A stretch of DNA of 64,000 nucleotides from Octopus sinensis (lineage: Eukaryota), in contig NC_043003.1 of the NCBI RefSeq assembly GCF_006345805.1, forward strand, positions 36,146,001 through 36,210,000. Reading direction: 5' to 3'. The notes under the pieces are model-generated. The model saw only the letters and a program-made list of their open reading frames with translations, made no database searches and was not told the origin of the DNA. Position numbers and translations under genes: made by a program. Positions 53,041 through 64,000 of the stretch are shown here, one piece after another (positions within the stretch are counted from its first letter, which is position 1; each line of letters opens with the position of its first letter).

Positions 53041-53584
53041 CCTAATCGCACTCCCACGAAATTCCTCATATTTATGTGAATCTAACTACATTGTCTTTGA
53101 TAGTTCTAAATTCTATTTCTGCAATTATGCTTCGTGTATAATCCACAAATTACCCCGATACATTTAATAACCCCTAATTTCTCTGACTAAAACCGTTTTC
53201 AAATTTGATAGATGATCATAGTAAATTTCTGCAAACGCGTATTCTTGTACTTAGTTTTTGTATGCCCATCTCCCTTTTTTTCATTTTGCCAACTACATTT
53301 TATATTACTTTGATATATGTTAAAATTTAAATTAACTCTCCGTATATTCGATGTACTTGAATATTTCCTCGATATTTGCTATGCCCTTTGTTCTCCTATT
53401 TTGCTGCCAGCTTCAACTTATATCTTTATTCGAATAGTAGTAGTAGTAGTAGTAGTAGTAGTTTTAGTAGTAGTAGTAGCGGCAGTAGCAGTGGTGCTGA
53501 TAGTGATGGTTTTGGTGGTGATGGCTTCTGATTCAGGTACAATGGTGGCATATTGTGAAGAGGGGATTAATTCATAACAACGAA

Positions 53585-53750
53585 CACATTATTGGATGGG
53601 CACTTTATTTTTTCAACACGAAAGGAGGAAAATCAAAGTTGATCTCGCCAAATACATATACAGAGTACTAGTCTTAGAAGTGGTAGTTTTACTGCTAAGC
53701 ATTTTGTTCGACACGCCATAGTTTCTGCTTGCTTCTAATTTCGAAATTGA
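53585..53750 (-). mobile_element. Decayed SINE (family of 56735-56968)
   Basis: Reverse complement of the gaaaggag..aaatcaaagttgatctc..actgctaagcatttt blocks. Confidence 0.55.
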
Positions 53751-53936
53751 GCGACTAGTTATTTATATAGACTTCAGTACTCGCTGACACATTTTTTTAT
53801 GGATCCATGAAGCATGAAATGCAAAAATATTTATAGGAATAACATCAATCATAATAACAATATAGTAGTAATAATATTAATAGTAACAAGAAGAAGAAGA
53901 AGAAGAAGAAGAAGAAGAAAGAAGAAGAAGAAGAAG

Positions 53937-53967
<31 letters not shown>

Positions 53968-55224
53968 GCAGCAGCAGCAGCAGCAATAGCAGCAGTAAAA
54001 GTAATAATGAGTGTCTGCGGAATGCATAAGAAAAATTACTTTCGGGCTGGAAAAAAAAAACCAGTGGTTGTGATTGGAAATACAACTTCGTAAGAAGAGC
54101 TGCAGAGAAATGTAATAACATCACATATTCCAAGTGTATAATCTTACCAGGACCCTTTTCTCTAAGGACAACAAATACGAATATTGTTTTCCTTGTCTTC
54201 ATTACAACTTAAATATATTTACAATAACAAATCCCTATATTCGTTGCAACAAACATGGAAAGGTTACATAACATAATCGAAGCAAAACTAACTAACGACA
54301 AAAGAAATTGAACGCTATGCAACACATCAACCATAACCAACAATACAGAGAGAATAAAAACAATAAATGCCAGCTCAGAGTTTATGAGGAACGCTGTTTG
54401 AGAGTTTAATGTGTCCATGCTCTGAAGCACAAGCTTCAGATGTGGCGTCCTCTGAAAAGGTTAATATCCTTCGCGCACACCTACACCACTACCAACATGA
54501 ATGTTCTGGCTTTCATAAAAATAAAACAATAACTATACAGCAACAGAAGGAGCAGAAAAGTTTGACATAATTGCTACACGTATACTACGTGGCTCTTTTC
54601 TAACAAATACACATGTGTGTCATAAGATAACCGAAATTCTGTCAGTAAAAGCAGCATCGAAGAACATCAAACTTTGTAAGTAAGAGTAAATTTTTTCTCC
54701 TTTGAGTAAGGCTTGTACTATATACTACCTCCATATAAGTATGCAATATTAAATAAGGTTGCTGTAAGATGCAGAAGGGAAGTAACATTTCTAGAGAGAC
54801 GTTCAAGAGAAGTGTAATTTTATTCTTTATTTTTTAATTATTTTCTGTACAAAGCGGTGCTCTATGGTACGTCATCAGTCTAATTTACGTGAAGAAAACT
54901 TACCCCGTTAATAATTTCTACAGAAACTTGTGTTTAAATTTTATGAAACTGCCTTTCTGGTCTCGAGATATTCGTATCTATTAATCTGACTATAGGTACC
55001 TGCTTATACGTATATGTGAATGATTTAAATAGGTTGGGATGTAATTATTCTTATGTGGATATTTGGGAAATGAAATGAAAATGAGCAGATAAAAGAAAAC
55101 TATCAAAAAATGTTTCTTTGCTTCATCACTGAAAACTGATTGCGGTTTAAGTGTTGCCTTGCACTAATTCCTGATTGTTTAAAAATATTTCCAGTATACA
55201 ATCACAACTGACAATATTATCATC

Positions 55225-55440
55225 AGTTATTAGGTGGTTAGCTAGTAAAATCGTTACTGCACCGAAAAAATGCTTAGTGGCATTTCGTTTGTCTTCATGT
55301 TCTGAAATCAAATACCACCATGGTCCACTTTGCCTTTCATTCTTTCGGGATCGATAATGAGCACCATTAGAATACTATGGTCGATGTAATCGATTTACAC
55401 TTCCCCCGAAATTGTTAGTGTTTCTAAAATTAGAATCCAA
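55225..55440 (+). mobile_element. Decayed SINE (family of 56735-56968)
   Basis: aatgcttagtggcatttcg...actttgcctttcattctttcggg.tcgataa. Confidence 0.75.
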
Positions 55441-56349
55441 TGTTATCATCAATTGTTTTCTATGATTCGTTATGGGATTAGTATATTTTCTGAAAATAGA
55501 ATCTTACAGGGCTTTCATGTAATATGCCTATTATTGTGATATATCTGTCTCTGGGATCTACACAGCACAAAATCCCAAAGTTGTTTTAATATATTGACTT
55601 TCGCTCCACTTACATCCCTTGTACCTGTTGACAGACTATTGAAAATAGGTGTTTCTTGAAAACTCAGTTTCAGCACAATTCTGTTTATCACTATCATGTG
55701 TGTAATTTAGACATTAAAACGCCTTTCTGTGACAAAAGCCTGAATATTTACATACCTCTAAATGCATATATTTCAAGGTAGTATTTCAAAGATTCTTAGA
55801 TATATGTTTTGCATATCATAGTTGCGATGAAGTATTGTCAATAGATATTCACAGTAAGTAATCTACAGCAGGTGTGCATTACGCTGAGTGTAGTAACTTC
55901 CAATCGCTTCAAGGTCTTCAGTCTATGAAATCTGCAGAACTTAATATTTTACTTCTATATATGTTCAGAATCCATTCGCGCATCAGTGGCACATATACAC
56001 ATCTTAATATAATTACCAATAAATTATACATAATTCTTCTTACCTATCATTAGATCCGGCATTCATCTTGGCACAAGTTCTTTGTTTGCATATTTTATTA
56101 TATTTGGGGACATCTTTGATTAGTAGCGACTGATATGTTCATATCGTTCCTAGTGATACAGAATGTAGTCGTTCATTTGACTAAGGGAATGTTTGACACA
56201 ACTATTAGAAAATATCAATGATCCAGACAACAGACTTCTAAGGTATTTCACTGGTTCTATTCATTCGTTTGATACGATATAGATAACACCGTGATTTTTC
56301 TCGTTCTCAGTGGTTACAGTTACCCTTACATACAAATGAAAATTATAAT

Positions 56350-56540
56350 AGTTTCAAATTTTGGCTCAAGAACCGAAATTGCGGAGAAGGGATTAATCGA
56401 TAACATCGACGCCAGTGCTCAACTGATATTTATTTCGGTACAAAAGGATGAAAGGCAAATTGGACCTCGGTGGAATTTGAACTCAACTCATAAACCTGGA
56501 TAAATGTCGCTATCCATTTTGCCTTGCATGCTAACGTTTC
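56350..56540 (-). mobile_element. Decayed SINE, inverted relative to the 56735 copy
   Basis: aaaggatgaaaggcaaattggacctcggtggaatttgaactc is the reverse complement of the family core. Confidence 0.7.
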
Positions 56541-56734
56541 TTCTAGCTCACCGCATCAATAAAAATAATAAAAAATAAGCAATGAATAGGTGTGCCACAT
56601 GTTCAAATGTAAGGAAGATTCATGGAAAAAAATGTTAAAGACAGAGTGGCCCAGCTAAAGAATAAAACATTCTTTCGATCTTAACCTAATTACAAAATCA
56701 AAGCACTGATGATTTCTCCAACGGTATATTCAAG

Positions 56735-56968
56735 AAGCGGCGTGCTGGCAGAATCGTTAACACTTCGGGCGAAATGTTTAGCGGTATTTCGTCTGCCGCT
56801 ACGTTCTGAGTTCAAATTCCGCCGAGGTCGACTTTGCTTTTCATCCTTTCGGGGTCGATTAAATAAGTACCAGTTACGCACTGGGGCCGATATAATCGGC
56901 TTAATACATTTGTCTGTCCTTGTTTGTGCCTTCTGTGTTTAGCCCCTTGTGGGTAGTAAAGAAATAGG
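56735..56968 (+). mobile_element. Near-intact tRNA-derived SINE
   Basis: A-box-like tgctggcagaatcg, B-box-like gagttcaaattcc, conserved central block ggtcgactttgcttttcatcctttcggggtcga. Confidence 0.9.
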
Positions 56969-59900
56969 TATATTCAAGAGGAACACGCAATATCCATAAA
57001 ATTTGATGAAATGTACGAATTATCTCAGTATCATCACCCTACTTTTAAGTGGGATGAAAAGCGGAACGTAATTAGCAGTTTTTTCTTTTCCTTTTTTTTT
57101 CTGAGAGCTAATACGTTCGCTTTAGTCATTTCGAATTACTTGGCAGCTAATAAAAGTGCTTGGCAGCTAAAAGATGGTGAAACGTGCTTGTCACGACATT
57201 TCGAATTTACATGCAGTAGAAATTACGTGATATATGTCTTTCTACCAGCAATTAGTGGACATCGATATCTCCATGCCAAAATTGAAATTACGTATATCGT
57301 ATTTGTTTTATACTTTCGTCTCGTGAATGAAGGGCTGTGTTTATGTCTTTTTATTTTTCCAAACTTGTAGAAGGTTGGAAAGAATTCAGCCACAAACTAT
57401 AGATTTTGTCCAAATGACTATAGCAGAGTGAACTGCGTTAAAAAACACTTAGATAACATGCAGTGGCATTAAACTGAAGAAAGGTTAAATTTTAAAACCC
57501 ATGGTCTCACGTGATATAAAGATGGAAAGAATACCAAAAGTGGTCCTGTCCGAGAATCTAACAATTTAGCTTATCTTCTACCCTGAATTAGCGCTCTTTA
57601 CTTTATTTAAAATAGATGTAAGCAAGTTTAATACCTGCGAGTTTCACATTCTGAAAGAAGAAATCCGGACGAAATATATAACATCTCTGTTATTTCGGAA
57701 TCGTCGGTCTGTTACCACTGCAGTCTTGTACACGCTCTTACGGAAAGAGTCCTTACAGTTAATTGATTTGGTAATAGTTTTGGTACAAAAATTTCGAATC
57801 CAGCTGCTCTGAAAACATTTGAATAATAATGAAAGAAAAAAAGACAAAGATATCAATAACAAATAGAAATTTTTCTAAGACTTTGTTGCAAGAAGTCTGA
57901 ACATATTTGTGATGCCACGAACCATTAACTCTGAATGAAACTCATAGACAGACCAAATTCTTTGGATGAATTTCTGCGTATTTTCAAGTGTTACCGTGTC
58001 CCAGATTATGTTAATTCGTTGAAACTAATTTGACCTTTCGGTTAAGAGCAATGGAAAACCACTAAAGTACATTTTTAAAGCTCTCCTGCACCACTTTCAT
58101 TCCTTAATTATCACTGTTATACTACAAATACATTACTGAAATATGAACGGTACATTACCATTTCAGATCGTTTCTTGGTATCGAACTTCCTTTGCAATTT
58201 TGGAGATTCAAACTATCAAAGACTTTCAGTAACCCTCTATTTTAGATTCAGTATCTATATTCCCTCTATTCTAGCTACAAGAAGGTAACGTGTAGTCTAG
58301 AATATTTTACAAACCAGTAGCTTAGAAGTGTTTGTTCTTTCCACCGGTATGGTGTTTGAGATGATTTTCTCATAAGAATTTTAGCTAAACAACGACGGCA
58401 TTATTGTCATGCTAATTATTTACCAAAACTAAGCTGCAATCCTATTGAAATTCATTTTTTAACCCAAACCCATTTTATTTATTATAAATATGTTTCTAAT
58501 GCAGTAATTGAGAGTTATTTGTACCGCAAACGACACATTTACATTTCAGTAAAAGAATCCAAGTCTTGAAGGCAAATCAAAAATTACCGTTCATATAGCG
58601 AAGTCATGATACATTTCAGCCAATTATAAAGTGTGTAAGTATTATAAACACTATACAGTAGTTCAATCAATTCCCCACTAATTTAATAAATAATCTATGT
58701 CAAAACGGCATGGCTGATGTGGTCAAATTTGTCGGAATCATACTGGGGCTCTGGGATTGTACTTGATATATGTCAAATTTCAGGAAGTGTCAGAATTATC
58801 CCAGTGTGTGGAACAAATTACAAATTCTACTGAGACCAATTAGTGAGATATTTCAAGAAGGTGATTCAGAAGAAGCGTCGATTGATTCTTTGTGCATGGA
58901 AAGTAGCTGAATTTATCCTCCAGATTCGGAACTCACCAACTCGGTCAATGAAAATGGTTCTGTAACCCCACAACAAGAGGATTACTGATGTTTGATGCGT
59001 TGCAGAAGGCCTAACGCTAACGGGACCTCTTATTTAATCATAACATTAAGGTTTTTGAGCTTGGAGATGTCTCACAACTTAAGATAAAATGACACAAAAT
59101 ATTGGCGGTTATACTTAATTATTGTTATTATAACAGATATCCAGTAATAAAACTTCATCTGAAGTCATCTTGTTCTATTCTCAGACATGTGTTCTCAGGT
59201 GTGCCACGTTCTTTTTAAAAGCCAGGATGTGATTCGTGAGAGATTTGGCTGGTATTTTTGGTAATCTAAATCAGTATGTTAACTCTTAAATAGTATTGAT
59301 TTTTCGCTCTTAGGTAGTCACATACAATACACACACAAACGGGCTCACACACACAAACACACATACATATACAAACACACAGACACACATCTATATGACT
59401 TATTTACTTGCTAATTCTTGCTTTATGTAATCACACCCTTAATTTTGTGATTCATTCTTGAAATACCATCGTTCTTGTGGCAATAAGAACTTATCATCAT
59501 TATCATCATAATCATCATCATACTCATAATCATCATCATCATCATCATTATTACTTAAGTGTTATTTACTACTTCTACTACTACAACTACTACTACAACT
59601 ACTACTACTATTGCTGCTATAACAACTGCTACAGTGACGTTGAGGCTGCTGATGCCGATTAAGATGATGCAGAATTTTACAATTCCAGAAGAAAACAATT
59701 CCTCGCATTGAAACAAATGAGTATATTTTAGAAATTGATAATCTTAAAAGTCATTTAAAAAGAAAAGTAATTAAGTTTAAAGAAAAAAAAAACAAAATTG
59801 TTAACAACAATAATTTAATGATACATAACAGCAGCACGAATAGATTCTTAATATTGATTAAATTCTTTTTTCATATTTATATTATTCTAAGGAATATTAA

Positions 59901-60077
59901 AATATTTTCACTTTTAAAACAAAACTTTATGTATTATTGGCTAGAAACCTTACTTGATATGTTGAAACATAGCGTTCGTAATTAGAATATCTAAGTAGCT
60001 CCATACAAACTCATCAATTCATCTCATCCATTGAAGAGATTAACGATATATTATTATTATTATCATTATTATTATGC

Positions 60078-60128
<51 letters not shown>

Positions 60129-60870
60129 CATCATCATCATCATCATCATTATTATTAATATCATTAGTATTATTATTATTCCCTTCATCATCATCAACAT
60201 CAGAACTATCCTCATAATCATCACCATCGTTCTTGTGGCAATAAGAACTTATCATCATTATCATCATGCTCATAATCATCATCATCACCATCGTCATAAT
60301 CGTCGTCGTTGTTGTTGTTATTAATTTCAGGTAATTTTCATCGTCATCGTCTTCTGCCTAAGTAATATTCTTTGCCGTGACTTGGCTCTCAAAACGTTTC
60401 AATTTTCACTACTTCCTTTAATCAAATCCTTTGTTAAATTTATGCAAAAAAAAAAAAGCAGCGAATGTACTACAGTATTGGGATTTTGTCCTGTGTTCGG
60501 GAATAAATTGATAAGAATACTTCTTTTGTGGGTTAATATAAAAATTAAGTGTAATAAGCTAATTTCTTTTAGTCGATTATGAACTCCAAAAAGAAAAAAA
60601 GGGAAAGCAATAGAAGAAATAAAAAGCTGTGTTTACACGAAGGACACAAATGTGAACAGAATCATCCTATACTTAAATCATACTCGAAGGTAATTATTGT
60701 AATTCTGGAATGCAATTTCTAGCGTTTAGCATAAGTAATATATATTTATGTGGTTGTGTGGGGGCCTGTGAATGTAGGTGTTGTATGCATGGATATACAT
60801 ACACACACACAAATATATATACATATATACATATTTGTATATATATATATATATTTATATACAGACACAC

Positions 60871-60937
<67 letters not shown>

Positions 60938-61284
60938 TAACAATGAAGGGTGAAATTAATTAATTTGGAATAATAATCAATTACACCAAGTAGTCTTCGG
61001 CATGTAAAAGCCTCATTCGAGGAAAATTTAAGTAATACTAAGCAATTAAGGGTTTAGCAACGAATTGCCTTACCGCACACCGAATTTAGAAATAGCAGTC
61101 AAAGAGATTATAGCTATTTCTTCTACTAAAAGGGAGATCACAGTGTTCTCCCTTTTAGTAGAAGAAATAGCTATAATCTCTTTGACTGCTATTTCTAAAT
61201 TCGGTGTGCGGTAAGGCAATTCGTTGCTATATATATATATATATATTTGTGTGAATATACATACATACAAAATCTGTATTGCTT

Positions 61285-61500
61285 TGTTGTTGTTGGTTGT
61301 TCCTTCTCGAGCCATGCCCGGCTCATAAGGTCCGGTTTCCCTGTTTCAGGGACGTACACGTTTCCCATCTGAACGGAAATCCGGTCCGTCGCTAGATGCA
61401 GCAAGAAAGAGTGAGAGAAAGCTGTGGCAAAAGAGTCAGCGGAGTTTCGCCATTACTTTCTGGCGTAACAGCGTGATCATACTGAGGCACGGTCTTAAAA
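61285..61500 (-). mobile_element. SINE 3' half (related to 62525-62750)
   Basis: Reverse complement contains gcgacggaccgg...ttatgagccgggcatggctcgagaaggaacaaccaacaac; similar to the 3' part of the 62.6-62.75 kb copy. Confidence 0.65.
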
Positions 61501-62272
61501 AATTTTCACTCAAATGAAATGATCCCGGTACTTATTTTATGCTAAAATTGGTAGTTATTTTATAGGGATTTTCCCCCAGAACTTCTAGGTTACGCGGACA
61601 TAAAGAGAGCAACATTGGTTGTCAAACGGTGGGGGAGGATAAACACAGACACACAAATATATATACATATGAATAGAGAGAGAATATAGGAATAAAAACC
61701 ACGTTAAGGATTTTTAATTACTCAGATGTGTAGAATGATCCGATGGTGATGCTGGGTTTTCTATTCTTTTCATAGCTACCGTGATTACTGAGATAATCTA
61801 TTATAATAATAATCATGTGTTTATGAATGCGCATGGAAGGGGTGATAGATGAATACGGAAAGAACGAGGGGATCTCCAACTTGATAGTGGGAAGATGAAA
61901 ATTGTACGCTGAAAAAATAAATCAAACAGCGTTTCAACTTCGTGTGAATATATGTGTGTGTAAGTAAAAAAAGGCTTGTGAATGTGTGCGTATATGTGTG
62001 TGCGCGTGTGTGTGCGTACGTGTGTGCGCGCGCGCAATGGAAGTAGGATGGTTCATCTTCGTTCGCTTAGTATTTGTGTTTATTTATTGATTTGGTTGAA
62101 TCTTGGTTGTTTTCTTCTTTTGGCCAGTTAAAAGTAATTTTAAGCGTTTTGAATAAAAAGTTATTCAAAATTGTTTTTTAATGTATGTGTGCCCAAACAA
62201 GATAAATGCTTACACAGAGCAGGTTTTACAGCCACCTTATCCAAACCGACCGGGTAAAACCGGGCTTAGCTG

Positions 62273-62439
<167 letters not shown>

Positions 62440-62524
62440 ATACATACATACATACACACAGATATGTATAGATAAAAGTCTGCAATGTAAGAAAACTGCA
62501 TATTATACAGCTACAATTCATCTG

Positions 62525-62750
62525 AGTGGCGGCACGTAGTTTAGTGTTTAGTGTGTTGGAATTGTAATCATAAGGTTTTGGTTATGATTACTGGGCCGGG
62601 CGACGCGTTTCATTTCACGTTGCTTCAATCCACTCCGCTGGCAAACATGAGTAATGCTGCGACGGACCAGCGTCCCGTTGAAGTGGGGGGAATATATTTG
62701 CGCCATTGGAACCTAGCCGTTATGAGTCGGTACGAATCGAGAAAGAAACT
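62525..62750 (+). mobile_element. Decayed full-length tRNA-derived SINE
   Basis: tRNA-like head then ctgcgacggaccagcgtcccg...ttatgagtcgg..cgagaaag. Confidence 0.6.
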
Positions 62751-63425
62751 TTACTTTACCTCACCTTACAATGAGTATAGCCGAAGAAGATTGCACGCTG
62801 ACTAACTAAAAATTTTTTTCAAAATCCTTCTCTAAATGCACGCTTTTCTCCTGAACGATCTGGTACTTGGTGATATATAAATGATCACGTGTAGTTCAGT
62901 ATCATCTCACTGGAGAAATGTGTACCGATGAAGCTACTATATATAGGCCAAGACATATTATTCTCTAACCTTTCTTCTACCATATTCCTCTTCAAAACCT
63001 GCACTGCAGTTGCATTGGGAGATTACATCCGCTATACCTTTTGAAATATATTACATACTATTTCAACTAAAATTTAAACAAAGTTGCGTGGCCTTAAAGC
63101 ACAATTTGGCATTCGATCGATGCCCTGCTATCTTAAAAATATAAAACGTTCACTGTATAAAGAATTTGAAGTAAACTCATTGTGAAATACTGAGACACAC
63201 AGAGTCACGCACACACACACACACACACACACACATGCACACATACATATATACAGAGACATGTATATATATATGTGTGTGTATGCATATATGTATACAA
63301 TTATTGTTTTCATATTTTACTGTTGCTATCATTTTCACTGCGGCCATGCTGGAGTACCGTCTTATGTCGAACAAATTGATTCCAGAACTTATTCTTTGTA
63401 AGCGCAGAACCTATTTTATCGGAGA

Positions 63426-64000
63426 ACAAAACAGTAAACACAAACGGTGAGGGTTGTTAAGCCAAGGCGAGGTGGAAGAAAGAAAGTATGGCCGTTGATC
63501 ACGTGTGAGCAACGAGAGTATAGGAGGAAAAGTGAGAGAGAGAGAGAAGAGAAAAATGGAGAAAGTGTGGGAGAGAAAAACAGAAAGGAAGAAAACCAAG
63601 AGAGGGAGATAGTATTATCTACAACGCATTTCGAAAGTAAGGACTAGACGCGACTTCATTAACAAAATCTTTCCCGCAAAGCAAATTAAATAAAATTTAA
63701 GATTTTTGCGGAGGATGAGCGTGGTAACAAAAACAGGACACTGACAACAAAACAGTAAAAACAAATGGCGAGGGCTGTTAAGTCAAGACGATGTGAAGTG
63801 GTAAATCCTGGAAAAACGAGAATCGAGAAGAGACAGATAAAAGCACGTCTGGTCTTTAGGAAGGAAGTAGAAGAAAGAAAGAATGGCCGTTGATCAGGTG
63901 TGAGCAACGAGATACTCAAGGAGGAAGAGTGAGAGAGAGAGAGAGGGGGGAAGGTGATAAGGAGAAGAGAAAATAGGGAAAGGGTGGGAGAGAAATACAG
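63426..64000. repeat. Two diverged tandem copies of an unidentified purine-rich unit
   Basis: acaaaacagtaaa(c/a)acaaa..gagggytgttaagycaag and gaagaaagaaag(t/a)atggccgttgatca(c/g)gtgtgagcaacgaga each occur twice. Confidence 0.75.

Noticed and set aside
57400-58990. Possible decayed Gypsy integrase/C-terminal region (KPWSH.. and an acidic tail)
   Set aside because: Similarity too fragmentary to assert

Overview
AT-rich animal genomic DNA with very dense microsatellites. The SINE repertoire resembles Octopus repeats as I recall them, so the cephalopod assignment is inference. I could not support any host protein-coding gene; most ORFs in the track are translated simple repeats or antisense shadows. 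The window is a transposon landscape: (1) a near full-length but disabled R4/Dong-clade RT-RLE LINE inside an (AAT)n array, followed by two more RLE fragments in the same array (1.7-6.9 kb); (2) a TRT-like DD37E Tc1 element with long IR/DR-type TIRs (25.8-27.3 kb); (3) a young, near-complete Penelope-like element (PLE) of Naiad type, with RT, GIY-YIG and two type I hammerhead ribozymes, inserted in (TA)n (27.4-32.5 kb); (4) mariner, Tx1/L1, Gypsy and further PLE remnants, plus many tRNA-derived SINEs. The most interesting signal is the insertion geometry of the PLE. Its 3' terminal 128 bp lie inverted at the opposite end and overlap the truncated right end by 12 nt, a twin-priming-like signature. 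Three further small (TA)n-associated insertions (7.6, 12.5 and 52.9 kb) show a similar fold-back geometry, two of them with hammerhead remnants. Also notable: a UGA codon just before the conserved terminal CxH motif of the PLE endonuclease, and a 36-bp locally templated insertion.
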